Assembly (NCBI RefSeq): GCF_011050365.1
Contig: NZ_DRFV01000016.1
Location: 69,549 to 109,548, forward strand
DNA length: 40,000 bases
Reading direction: 5' to 3'
Source of the DNA: Pseudohongiella sp.
GTDB lineage: Bacteria > Pseudomonadota > Gammaproteobacteria > Pseudomonadales > Pseudohongiellaceae
Shown: piece after piece, positions 1-8,007 of the stretch
Layout: the number at the start of each line of letters is the position of its first letter
Numbering within the stretch: position 1 is the stretch's first letter
Made by a program: the position numbers and the translations under genes
The notes under the pieces: generated by a model
What the model was told of the DNA's origin: nothing
What the model saw: the letters and a program-made list of their open reading frames with translations, nothing else
Databases searched by the model: none

Positions 1-1348
1 CCTCGACTTCCTTGAGCAGCTGCCCCGGCTCTTTGTCCACACCCAAGCGCCTGGCCGTAGCCACGATGATCTCGATCGCCACCTCACGGGTCATCAGCCT
101 GGCGTTCATCGCCGCGACACACGCGCCCACCACCTGCTGCATGGCAGAGGCGTATTTCGTGGTATCTCGCTGCACCATCTCGGGCAGCTCACAGGTCACC
201 CAGAACGCGCGATCGGACGGGTCAATCGTTCTGTTATTGAACTGGGCCCACATGGAGATCACAAAGGTGCCGATCACCTCCAGCATGTACTTGAGCCGGC
301 GCTGACGCGCGGCCAGTATCTTGAAAGTCGGCTCATCCATCTCACCGGCCGTGCTGCGGTTCACATCACCACCACCACCGAACCAGTGCTCCGGGATTGT
401 TGCACCACCCAGAACATGGTTGCGAAACAGCCGCGCCGACTGGCTCGTGTCGGCTGCGTTCATCTCCGGCACCAGTGCAGTCCATTCCTCTGACTCGTTG
501 TGTACCCGAACGCCACCAGATTGCGGCACCTGGATGTTCTTTGCCTTGGCCTTGATATCCTCCTCGTTGGCGCCCTTGATCAATACGTCCCACATGAAGG
601 CACGCAAGCCCTGGTTGCGATCCAGCTCCCCAAACAGGAACTGATCATAGGCATCCAGCCAATCCATTTGCGGCAGCAGATCGGATCGGCCACGGGCGCC
701 CGATGCCAGCCCCCGGATGCGGAAGTAAAAACACTCACCATCGGTGAACGTCTTGCGCTTGCGCCTGGCGCGCGCACCGAACACAGACTCATCGGCGTTG
801 ATGATCACTTTGAAGCGTCGGTAATTGCCCTTGCCATCCTTCTTGGTTTTGATGCCGATCGGCTGACGCTTGTTGTCCGGGTCGGTGATCACATCGTCAA
901 TCTCAGCCGGATCCAGATAACCCAGGCGCACATGACCGTTCATCTGGTTCACAAACACCGGATAACACTGCTCACCGAACAGCGCGAGCTCGCGGGCGAA
1001 CTCCTCCAGGGACAGATCCATGTTGTTGATGGGGTCATACCAGAATTTCTCGATGATTGCCTGGGCTTCATCATCGGGCACCTTCAGCCGGACGCCATCA
1101 CTGAGCATGAACGCCAGGGGCAGCTCAATAATGCGATCGGCGATCAGGTTGGACTCCCACAGAAACTTTGCCAGCTTCTGCATCCGGTCCTGTTTCATCG
1201 GCTCCAGGTCGCGATCGTTATTACCGGTCAGCGGGCGCCATTGTTCCTCATCCGGATCAATGCTGCTGCCGGCCGCTTCAATGAACTTTTCAGTGCCTGA
1301 CTCAGCGGCCTGAGCGGTTTTTGTATCTGTCTTGGTAGCCATGGTCAT
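1..1348 (-). CDS. Phage portal protein (Mu gp29 position), N-terminal ~449 aa; C-terminus outside the window
   Basis: Absent from the ORF track because it runs off the edge. My reverse-strand translation from the ATG at 1348 is open to base 2 (MTMATKTDTKTAQAAESGTEKFIEAAGSSIDPDEEQWRPL...RFKVIINADESVFGARARRKRKTF...). It lies directly downstream of the large terminase. The plus-strand ORFs here (500..1300 and others) look like antisense shadows. Confidence 0.7.
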   Translation of the reverse strand, partial: MTMATKTDTKTAQAAESGTEKFIEAAGSSIDPDEEQWRPLTGNNDRDLEPMKQDRMQKLAKFLWESNLIADRIIELPLAFMLSDGVRLKVPDDEAQAIIEKFWYDPINNMDLSLEEFARELALFGEQCYPVFVNQMNGHVRLGYLDPAEIDDVITDPDNKRQPIGIKTKKDGKGNYRRFKVIINADESVFGARARRKRKTFTDGECFYFRIRGLASGARGRSDLLPQMDWLDAYDQFLFGELDRNQGLRAFMWDVLIKGANEEDIKAKAKNIQVPQSGGVRVHNESEEWTALVPEMNAADTSQSARLFRNHVLGGATIPEHWFGGGGDVNRSTAGEMDEPTFKILAARQRRLKYMLEVIGTFVISMWAQFNNRTIDPSDRAFWVTCELPEMVQRDTTKYASAMQQVVGACVAAMNARLMTREVAIEIIVATARRLGVDKEPGQLLKEVE

Positions 1349-1464
1349 AATCTCTGGTCAGTTGCGTTCATGAATCGATCCGCGAGCGTTGCGCGATTTC
1401 TCTGGCGTCATAGCGCCGGCACCGGGGAAAACGCCGTAGGCGAGCTCTCAGGGCCTCGGGCAAA

Positions 1465-3048
1465 TCAGCGGAACATTGTGGTACGGCGGCGGTTTTCCAT
1501 CCGCGATGGCAGCAGTCGATCAAGTGATGCTTCGATGTTCGCGCCAGCTGCTGGTTCTGTTTCTTCTAGGGCTGCTGCCCAGGCGAGCAAACCACCGATA
1601 GCAGAGTCACCGTGTCGGTACATGCCATCGCTGCCGCGATCGCGGCCATCACTCATGCGCGGACTGCCCTGGTGCAGCACAACCCGGCGATGGTCAGCAA
1701 TAACATCCTCGCTCTTGGGTACCAGAATGGTTTTGTCCTCGTAAGCCGATCTGTATTTGGGGAAATACTCGCTGTACCACTTCGGGGTGGCCATCACGCA
1801 ATCGATGCGCTGCTCGCCGTACTCCTGCAGTGCTGCTTCAGCATGTGACTGGCCGTTGCCCCTGGCATCAAACTTAGCGTGGTGAAACAGCGGCAGGCGG
1901 TCGATGATGAAAAACATGATGAGGCGCTGCACATCAAATGGGATTTTGCGCAGCTCCAGCATGAACGCCGTACGCCAGCGCCTCACTCCATTGGACTGCA
2001 TGATCCAGAGAACCGACAGGTCACCGTCGCGGCCAAAGTCCTGTCCGTACACCGAACGCTGATGCGTGGGCATGTTGTCGATCACCGGCTGCAGGACATC
2101 ACGGCACCACTGCTCAGCCTGTTCAATACGTCTGTCGTCTGTAACCCATTCAGCGGGTTTGGTGAAACGCAGCACCGGGATAGTCTGATCCTGGCACTGC
2201 TCGATCAACGTCCGCGTGAAATAGGCACCGCTGCCGGCCGAGGGTATACAACCGAGTTCTTCATCAGCGGCCGTGCCATACAGCGCATAGATCTTGTCCC
2301 GGAACTCGCGCTCTTTCTCCTGGGTCCAAAGCTCACCCTTGACCAGGCAGATGCGCTGGTAGAATCCCTGAGCCAGCGCCTCATCAAAGGTGACCCTGTG
2401 CACCGAGTATTTCAGCTTGCCGGCTTCGATCTCGCGCAGGATCTGATTGAAGGGATTGCCATCACCAAAATGTGTGCTGCAGATATCAACCCGGCCACCC
2501 CAGATCAGGAACGCCATGGCCGCATCGATCAGCGCCTGCAGGTCATCATGGAAAGCCGCTTCATCCAGGCGGGCATGGCCTTGGTGACCACGAAGGTTTG
2601 ACGGCTTGCTGGACAGGGCAACAATCTCATGACCAGATGCCATGCGGATCCGGTAGCGCAGGATGTCTTTGTCTTCGTCATCAATGACAGACTTGTCCAG
2701 GGAAACGGAAATCTCTGATGCGACCACCTGGTAAGCTTTGGCAAAACTGGCGCAGTCACCGATGAACTCAGCCGCCATCTCTTTGTTGTAGCCGACGTAG
2801 TATTGGTTCATGCCATTACGGTGCGCAGCCTCAAGGGTCGCCTCTGCAGCCAGACAGCCCCAAGTGCCACCAATACGACGGGACTTGACCAGTACCCGCA
2901 CCGGGCTCATGTCCTGGTGCCAGCGTATCTGATACGGCAATAGAACATCAGGCACTTCGCTGGCGTTAAACTGGCCAACGCGCTCGCGCTGAATGTCATC
3001 GACCTGGTCCAGCAGCTCGCGCTGCTGCGCGGCGCTCAGATTAGCCAT
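1465..3048 (-). CDS. Terminase large subunit (Mu gp28-like)
   Basis: 527-aa ORF. Size, position between the gp27-like gene and the portal, and an N-terminal ATPase-like region (VKSRRIGGTWG) are typical of Mu-type TerL. The start overlaps the upstream gene stop by 8 nt. Confidence 0.8.
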   Translation of the reverse strand: MANLSAAQQRELLDQVDDIQRERVGQFNASEVPDVLLPYQIRWHQDMSPVRVLVKSRRIGGTWGCLAAEATLEAAHRNGMNQYYVGYNKEMAAEFIGDCASFAKAYQVVASEISVSLDKSVIDDEDKDILRYRIRMASGHEIVALSSKPSNLRGHQGHARLDEAAFHDDLQALIDAAMAFLIWGGRVDICSTHFGDGNPFNQILREIEAGKLKYSVHRVTFDEALAQGFYQRICLVKGELWTQEKEREFRDKIYALYGTAADEELGCIPSAGSGAYFTRTLIEQCQDQTIPVLRFTKPAEWVTDDRRIEQAEQWCRDVLQPVIDNMPTHQRSVYGQDFGRDGDLSVLWIMQSNGVRRWRTAFMLELRKIPFDVQRLIMFFIIDRLPLFHHAKFDARGNGQSHAEAALQEYGEQRIDCVMATPKWYSEYFPKYRSAYEDKTILVPKSEDVIADHRRVVLHQGSPRMSDGRDRGSDGMYRHGDSAIGGLLAWAAALEETEPAAGANIEASLDRLLPSRMENRRRTTMFR

Positions 3049-3604
3049 CGATTTTTATCCCGAGGAATTTGGCGCGCACGCGCTCAAACTGCATATCCGA
3101 CAACCCGGCCTCAGCCTGGATCTCGCTGATCGCCTCGGCGGTTTTGCGCGCGAGCTCCTCACGCACTTTCTTGGCCCATTGCTTTTGTGGCAGGGACGCC
3201 CGGCTGATGTTGCCCAGGGCGCGGAACAGCATGGTGATTTCCTTCACGTTGATCTTCTGGTCCGGATCATCCGCATCGTACTGGTTCATCAGCTGGAAAA
3301 TCAGATCCTGGGCGAGCGCGACGTTGGCCATGCCCAGGGCATCGCCTTCATCGTCCATGGTCTCATTCAGCAGCTTTGCAGCTGCTGTACTGGAGCGGAT
3401 TTTCTCAATCCGGTCTTTCAGGGTTTTGCCGTAGATGCCCAGGCCCGACCGGCTGACCGTCAGCTCCAGCTCATGGGCTGCCAGCTTGCCATTGAGCTGC
3501 TCGGTCAACTCGTCATAGTTGCCAAAGGCGTTGGCCACAAGCTTGGAGTCAAGCCAGGCTTTCACCTCTGATGGCAGCTGCTGTATTTTGCTGACGGCCG
3601 GCAT
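3041..3604 (-). CDS. Mu gp27-like protein (DUF3486 type), putative terminase small subunit
   Basis: 187 aa. The N-terminus (MPAVSKIQQLPSEVKAWLDSKL...TVSRSGLGIYGK) resembles gp27/DUF3486 proteins as I recall them. It sits immediately upstream of TerL with overlapping stop/start. Confidence 0.6.
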   Translation of the reverse strand: MPAVSKIQQLPSEVKAWLDSKLVANAFGNYDELTEQLNGKLAAHELELTVSRSGLGIYGKTLKDRIEKIRSSTAAAKLLNETMDDEGDALGMANVALAQDLIFQLMNQYDADDPDQKINVKEITMLFRALGNISRASLPQKQWAKKVREELARKTAEAISEIQAEAGLSDMQFERVRAKFLGIKIDG

Positions 3605-3915
3605 CAGAAATCTTCCGGATGAGCAACACCCAGATGGCGATCGCCAAGGCCGTCCAGGAAGTCAACGCCATCGGCGCTGATCTTCGCCATCCAGCGATCG
3701 TCATTGCGAAGCGTGATGATCACCAGGCCACGCTCTGACAGGTAGTCCAGGGAGTTGCGGATGTTAAACTTGGTAAAGCTCAGATCCACATCGCCGCGCA
3801 GCACCTGCGCAATCAGGCCATCACCGATTGGCTCTGGCCTGTTCTGGGACAGCGCCTGCAGGATGCGTAATCGACGCAGCCGGTGCCTTTGAGTTTCCAT
3901 ATCATTGAGTCCCAT
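3604..3915 (-). CDS. Small phage protein, possible winged-helix fold (Mu gp26 position)
   Basis: 103-aa ORF with SD AGAGGAA 6 nt upstream of the ATG at 3915. Its stop shares one nt with the next start (TGATG). The function is only positional. Confidence 0.6.
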   Translation of the reverse strand: MGLNDMETQRHRLRRLRILQALSQNRPEPIGDGLIAQVLRGDVDLSFTKFNIRNSLDYLSERGLVIITLRNDDRWMAKISADGVDFLDGLGDRHLGVAHPEDF

Positions 3916-4342
3916 TTGTTGTTCCTCTGCTGCTGACCGCTTTGATCAGATCTTGGATTTCCCGGTTGAAGTCTTTGCGTAGCTCATCCACCTTGCGCTC
4001 AAGGTTGAGCGCATGCTCCAACCAATCATCTCGTTTGATGTACTCGCCAGCCACCTGCTCGCGGAACTCCTGCAGGCGTTTGTCGACATCGGAGATGCGC
4101 GCCTCCATCCGCTCTCGCGCTGTGGAAAACTCGCCTTTGTTCTCGCGCACCTGGCCAGCCAGCTGGCTCACCAGGTTCTGCAGGTTGTCATTCACCGTGC
4201 CCCAATACTCTTTTTGGCTTTTCGCCTCTTGCGCTTTCCTGCTCTCTTCGCGCATGAAAATCCATTTCAGAGCGCCGCCCATCCCAGCGATCATAAACAG
4301 GATGATCGGCACCGTAATTTTCAGGATGTCTACCAGCTCCAT
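3902..4342 (-). CDS. Membrane-anchored coiled-coil protein of the lysis cassette (i-spanin-like or DUF2730-like)
   Basis: 146 aa with an N-terminal TM helix (ILKITVPIILFMIAGMGGALKWIF) followed by a long charged helical region. The start overlaps the holin-like gene stop (TAATG). Confidence 0.55.
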   Translation of the reverse strand: MELVDILKITVPIILFMIAGMGGALKWIFMREESRKAQEAKSQKEYWGTVNDNLQNLVSQLAGQVRENKGEFSTARERMEARISDVDKRLQEFREQVAGEYIKRDDWLEHALNLERKVDELRKDFNREIQDLIKAVSSRGTTNGTQ

Positions 4343-4752
4343 TACTTAGTTTCCTTTGTGAAGAGGCCTTTAACGTGTGGTGCAATTTTCTCGCCGCTTC
4401 GCCCGACCACGTAACCGCCGATGCCGATCTTCAGTAGGTCCCATGCCTCGTCAGAAAGCCGGAACGCCAGGAAGCCAAAGGAGTCGCATACCACCAGGAC
4501 CAGGAAGGTGAGCATGGCGATCGGGCGCCAGGATCTTTGCAGCCAGCTTTCACCCTGGGCCTCGGCCATGATCACTTTGGCCTGTGACTCCAGGATCTTC
4601 GCCTCGTACTCCAGCACCTGGCCTGTAACGGTGTTCTGCAGATTCAGCATCTGCGCTCGAAGCTCCAGACGCTCACCATCGCTGGTGTGCATTTTGTCGA
4701 TCAGCGAGGTGACCGGCGTGATGGCATCTGCCAGGAATGAGAGGATCTTCAT
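4342..4752 (-). CDS. Holin-like membrane protein (resembles the GTA/DUF3154 3-TM holin type)
   Basis: 136 aa: helical N-terminal region, then a WRP motif and hydrophobic segments (SWRPIAMLTFLVLVVCDSFGFLAF; IGIGGYVVG). It lies directly downstream of the endolysin and overlaps it by 4 nt. Confidence 0.55.
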   Translation of the reverse strand: MKILSFLADAITPVTSLIDKMHTSDGERLELRAQMLNLQNTVTGQVLEYEAKILESQAKVIMAEAQGESWLQRSWRPIAMLTFLVLVVCDSFGFLAFRLSDEAWDLLKIGIGGYVVGRSGEKIAPHVKGLFTKETK

Positions 4753-5291
4753 GAGTAAGCCCTGTTTTTCCAGCCGTTGTGAAAGACGCCCTGGGTAGGA
4801 TCGGCAGCGATGATCAGCCGGTAATGTCCATAGGCTTCTGAGCGCATGGCAGCCAGCGGGTTGAGCTGATCACGGATATCGTTGATGGCGGCGAAGGTTT
4901 TGGAGCCCAGCAGGCCATCTTCAAGCACCGGTTTATTGCAAGCACGCAGCGCCCGTTGGATGATCTTCACGGCAGGTTTAGAGCGCATGTTGACCAACAG
5001 GTCAAAGGCTTTGATGGCCACCAGATCATGATTGATCTCGTCGAGCCGGTAGTAGTCCCAGAAGTGTTTGCGATACAAGCGGGCGACTTCACCAGGTGTC
5101 AGGGCGGTGATGTCTGCTTCGGTCACGTGGCCGTCGCCATCGATGTCGCCGTCCAGGTCGGGCAGACCTTTCAGAAAGCGCAGCGATATCCCATAGTCAG
5201 TCACGCCACCCCGGTCAGCCTTATGGTCAACCAGACGGCCCTCTTTTTTCAGGGTCTGCTGCAGTGCTGCGAGAAACGCGTTGGCGCTCAT
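4749..5291 (-). CDS. Endolysin, GH108-type muramidase with C-terminal peptidoglycan-binding region
   Basis: The N-terminal motif KKEGRLVDHKADRGGVTDYGIS matches the GH108 EGG...DxGG.TxxGI signature. ATG at 5291 with SD AGGAG upstream; the track's GVG-type start at 5303 has no SD. First gene of the leftward late/lysis operon. Confidence 0.8.
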   Translation of the reverse strand: MSANAFLAALQQTLKKEGRLVDHKADRGGVTDYGISLRFLKGLPDLDGDIDGDGHVTEADITALTPGEVARLYRKHFWDYYRLDEINHDLVAIKAFDLLVNMRSKPAVKIIQRALRACNKPVLEDGLLGSKTFAAINDIRDQLNPLAAMRSEAYGHYRLIIAADPTQGVFHNGWKNRAYS

Positions 5292-5383
5292 GGGTAGAAT
5301 CACTCCTATGTTGGAGTGATCCTAATCGCGCGGGGCGGGAGGAGGCTTTTAACCTAAGTTAGTAAATGGGGATAAAGCACAAA

Positions 5384-5743
5384 TCAGAAGGTGCCCGCAC
5401 GGAGCTTTACGTATGTTTTATTGTCGGACGACGCTAGAAACTTACGTCCATCGACGATTTTACCTATAAACGTGACTTCCTTTTTACGACCACCAAGTAG
5501 CAGGCCAGCCAAGAGTCCCACTGGACCCAAAGCCAGCGCACCAGCGGCACCCCATCCAACTGTCCCTGCCGCTTTCTTGACTGTCTCTTCAGTGGCGATC
5601 TCGAATTCAATATCACTGATTTTGATTTCTTCGGGCCAAAATTCACCATCCACTGGGAAGAGTATTTTCTCGTCTTTCACGCGAGCGGCGCCAAGTACGA
5701 ATGGCCCGGCGATAACCTTGATATTGCTCATTAGCGGTCTCAT
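5384..5743 (-). CDS. Small glycine-zipper membrane protein, unknown function; start uncertain (5743 or 5731)
   Basis: The ORF is co-oriented with the repressor gene and 55-67 nt downstream of it. It has a central GxxxG-rich TM segment (GTVGWGAAGALALGPVGLLAGLLLGG) flanked by two short beta-rich soluble segments. Confidence 0.55.
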   Translation of the reverse strand: MRPLMSNIKVIAGPFVLGAARVKDEKILFPVDGEFWPEEIKISDIEFEIATEETVKKAAGTVGWGAAGALALGPVGLLAGLLLGGRKKEVTFIGKIVDGRKFLASSDNKTYVKLRAGTF

Positions 5744-5798
5744 CGATGCGGGCTCACGGCGAAAAGCGCCCAATTAAATGTGGATTGCTCTCTCGTGC

Positions 5799-6320
5799 TC
5801 AGTCTTCTATTTCTACCATGATCAACGCATCAAGCACAGACCTTACTGTATCGACGCTTGGCGCAGTGCGGCTGTTGGACAGCGTTTTATTTTGATAAAT
5901 GATCGACACGGCCTTAGAAAACACCTTTGGCGGCAACGTCTCGTAGTCTTTGTTGTCTAGTATCACAGCCCAGATACCCTGCACAATTTTGTTCATCAGG
6001 TCCATATCGAGGTCTTTGCTGGTGGTGAGCGCGTATTTTGCACCATCCTCAGCAATATTAAGCAAGCTGCTTTCCGCTGTATCGATCTCATGCAGATTCT
6101 CGCTCCTGACCCCGGTTACGATGTATTGCACATCCGCACCTAGCCGTGCAATTCGCGCCAAATAATCTGCCGAAGGCGAACCGTTTCCCAGCTCGTACCT
6201 CGACTGCGAGTTCCTCGCCACGGCTCCTTGAGCCGCAAATTCAGGCTGCAGATAGCCTAGCCGTTCTCTTTCTTCCTTAATTCGGCCTGCTATTTCTACA
6301 ATTAACGTGATATTTTTCAT
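5799..6320 (-). CDS. Prophage repressor, XRE/Cro-CI-type HTH (Mu c analogue)
   Basis: N-terminal HTH (IAGRIKEERERLGYLQPEFAAQGAVARNSQSRYELGNGSPSADYLARIARLGADVQYIVTG). It is divergent from the Ner-like gene across a palindromic operator. I prefer the ATG at 6320, because the longer ORF start at 6359 would place the palindrome inside the coding sequence. Confidence 0.75.
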   Translation of the reverse strand: MKNITLIVEIAGRIKEERERLGYLQPEFAAQGAVARNSQSRYELGNGSPSADYLARIARLGADVQYIVTGVRSENLHEIDTAESSLLNIAEDGAKYALTTSKDLDMDLMNKIVQGIWAVILDNKDYETLPPKVFSKAVSIIYQNKTLSNSRTAPSVDTVRSVLDALIMVEIED

Positions 6321-6328
6321 TTTAATAT

Positions 6329-6358
6329 TGACTATTCTACAGTTTTGTAGAATAGTCA
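6329..6358. promoter_or_regulatory. Operator: perfect inverted repeat TGACTATTCTAC-N6-GTAGAATAGTCA with overlapping promoter-like hexamers
   Basis: The arms at 6329-6340 and 6347-6358 are exact reverse complements. On the plus strand, TTGACT (6328-6333), a 17-nt spacer and AATAGT (6351-6356) face the Ner-like gene. The symmetric hexamers face the repressor gene. Confidence 0.6.
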
Positions 6359-6424
6359 CCTTGTAAGTTTACTTTTATTACCCTGCTGCGAATCAGGGAA
6401 ATTACAAAACAGGAGTATAGCACC

Positions 6425-6709
6425 ATGAATACCGAGCGTATTCGAGAACTGCTTGGACAGCACGGCTATAGCTTGTCCCGCATAGCCAAGCTGCTCGATG
6501 TTCAACCATCCTATGTGTCCCTTGTAGTGGCGCGGAAGCGCAGAAACCACCGTGTAGCGATTGCCATTGCTACTGCCATTGAACGACCAGTCGACAGTGT
6601 CTTCCCCGACGTTCCGCTTTATCATGGCCCTCTTACAACTGCCGAGCAGCGTGATGCCGAGCTGGCCAGGCGCCTTCAATCTCAAGGCGTTATTCGGCGG
6701 TCCGCATAA
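6425..6709 (+). CDS. ner: Ner-like DNA-binding early regulator
   Basis: 94 aa. The HTH plus downstream IA.A...P....P pattern is collinear with Mu Ner / E. coli Nlp as I recall them. It is the first gene of the rightward early operon, with SD AGGAG upstream. Confidence 0.7.
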   Translation: MNTERIRELLGQHGYSLSRIAKLLDVQPSYVSLVVARKRRNHRVAIAIATAIERPVDSVFPDVPLYHGPLTTAEQRDAELARRLQSQGVIRRSA

Positions 6710-6938
6710 TGCAAGGCGCTGCAATCTGCCGCCGCCAATCGACTGACAGCTCCAGAGCAGTGAGCGGCACACCGTCTGTAAAAATCAGCTCCAGCAACAC
6801 CTCAGCTGATCGATCCAGGGCCCTCTCACGGACAGATGGAGGCATCATTGCGCTTATCGCCTGTGTCAACTGCCCGATAATCAAAGCCTGGTTAAGTGCC
6901 AGAGTCTCCAACCTTTCTAACCTCTTCAAGTTCGCCAT
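6690..6938 (-). CDS. Small helical hypothetical protein, antisense to the early operon
   Basis: 82 aa from the ATG at 6938 with a strong SD (ACGGAGAG, 4 nt spacing). The sequence looks protein-like (MANLKRLERLETLALNQALIIGQLTQAISAMM...), whereas the competing plus-strand ORF 6709..7068 is S/R-rich junk. Its 3' end overlaps the ner 3' end by 20 nt. Confidence 0.45.
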   Translation of the reverse strand: MANLKRLERLETLALNQALIIGQLTQAISAMMPPSVRERALDRSAEVLLELIFTDGVPLTALELSVDWRRQIAAPCIMRTAE

Positions 6939-7067
6939 TTCGCTCTCCGTCTTCGTTACCAAATGCGTCGCTCCGACGCTTTTGAGACAAGCCTATAGCC
7001 GGCCGTTCGCGGCGGATAGAGCGCAAAACCGCTTTTGTTTAGAACACGCCTCCAGAGGACATTTCTA

Positions 7068-7553
7068 ATGTCGCGAATAAATTGGAACAAGGTCCAACCA
7101 ACCAGTATTACGCATGCGATGGAGCTGTGTGTGGGCTGTGCCAGGGAAAAAAAGAACCTGTCTGTAGAGCGTATTGCAGAGTTGATGGGCTTGGCTGGCC
7201 ACCACTCACTGTACAAATGGATGGCCGAGGGACGGATGCCAGCAGTGCTGGTAAGACCCTTTGAGCATGCCTGCGGCGCCAGTTTCGTCAGCCGTTACAT
7301 GGCTCATTCAGCCCAGTACCTAACGTTGAAAATCCCGAGCGGATCGAAGGCGGACGCCCGCGACATCAATGCCCTTCAATCGAGCCTGACAAGCGCTGTC
7401 GGCGCTTTGATCAAATTCCATGATGCCCAATTGTCCCAGGACGACTGTATCGCCGCCCTGACCGGTGCGCTGGAGAACTTGGCATGGCACCGGGCGAATG
7501 TGGAAAAAGCCGACACACCTGAGCTGAGTTTATTTGAGGAGGAGATCCAGTGA
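7068..7553 (+). CDS. Phage regulatory protein with HTH, CII (CP76/186-CII)-like
   Basis: ATG at 7068 with SD AGAGGA 8 nt upstream. HTH segment: NLSVERIAELMGLAGHHSLYKWMAEG. The overall layout resembles 186 CII-family proteins (from memory, not aligned). Confidence 0.5.
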   Translation: MSRINWNKVQPTSITHAMELCVGCAREKKNLSVERIAELMGLAGHHSLYKWMAEGRMPAVLVRPFEHACGASFVSRYMAHSAQYLTLKIPSGSKADARDINALQSSLTSAVGALIKFHDAQLSQDDCIAALTGALENLAWHRANVEKADTPELSLFEEEIQ

Positions 7554-7628
7554 AGCGTCGATCACAACCGAAGCAATCTAAAAGCCGCAACACCTATGCA
7601 CCGAAGAAAGCGGCCGGAACCATGATGT

Positions 7629-7997
7629 ATGGACCGCACCCGCACACTCAGCACCAACATCGAATTCGCCAGGGCGCTGGCCAGGAGTCACCACGACATG
7701 GCTGAGAACATTCATGAGCGCGTTTGCCAAATGATCACGGCCATGGCTGGCCATGAGGTTCATGGGCTACGCAATTCAGAGCTGGCCGATGCCCTAAACG
7801 TCTCTCGCCCAACAATTACCCGCGACCTGGCTTCACTGCAGCGCATTGGCATTGTTGAGCAGATTCCGGGAATGCAGGGCCGGTGGCGGCTCGGCCCCAA
7901 GATCATTCAGATATCGCGCGCCCATGCTGAGGGCATGGCGCGGGTTAAATCCGCTGTTGCAGAGATCGAGCAACGCTTTTCACGCAACCCACTTTAG
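7629..7997 (+). CDS. Winged-HTH DNA-binding protein (IclR/MarR-type N-terminal domain)
   Basis: Contains LRNSELADALNVSRPTITRDLASLQRIGIVEQ, a typical wHTH. The start is uncertain (7629 or the internal ATG at 7698, which follows AGGAG). Confidence 0.6.
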   Translation: MDRTRTLSTNIEFARALARSHHDMAENIHERVCQMITAMAGHEVHGLRNSELADALNVSRPTITRDLASLQRIGIVEQIPGMQGRWRLGPKIIQISRAHAEGMARVKSAVAEIEQRFSRNPL

Positions 7998-8007
7998 GAG
8001 AGACATC

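Noticed and set aside
12-1313. Plus-strand ORFs 12..305, 321..644, 500..1300 and 1020..1313 from the track
   Set aside because: Their translations are low-complexity or odd in composition. They lie antisense to a continuous minus-strand frame that reads as a convincing portal protein, so I treat them as shadow ORFs.
5304-5383. Terminator separating the repressor operon from the late lysis operon
   Set aside because: I looked for a hairpin plus T-run on the minus strand and found none. The GC-rich stretch CGCGCGGGGCGGGAGGAGGC is not self-complementary, so no terminator is called.
6709-7068. Plus-strand 119-aa ORF filling the gap after ner
   Set aside because: The translation is Ser/Arg-rich and has no SD. 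The opposite-strand 82-aa ORF has a strong SD and a protein-like sequence, so I preferred it, although with moderate confidence.
7550-7705. About 51-codon basic ORF (VKRRSQPKQSKSRNTYAPKK...) between the CII-like and wHTH genes
   Set aside because: It has only a GTG start overlapping the upstream stop, no SD, and low-complexity basic composition, and it overlaps the start of the next gene. The support is insufficient.
7846-8007. Upstream extension of the DUF3102-like ORF (track start 7846)
   Set aside because: The extension overlaps the wHTH gene in another frame and is Arg-rich. A strong SD (TAGGAGAGA) precedes the internal ATG at 8008.
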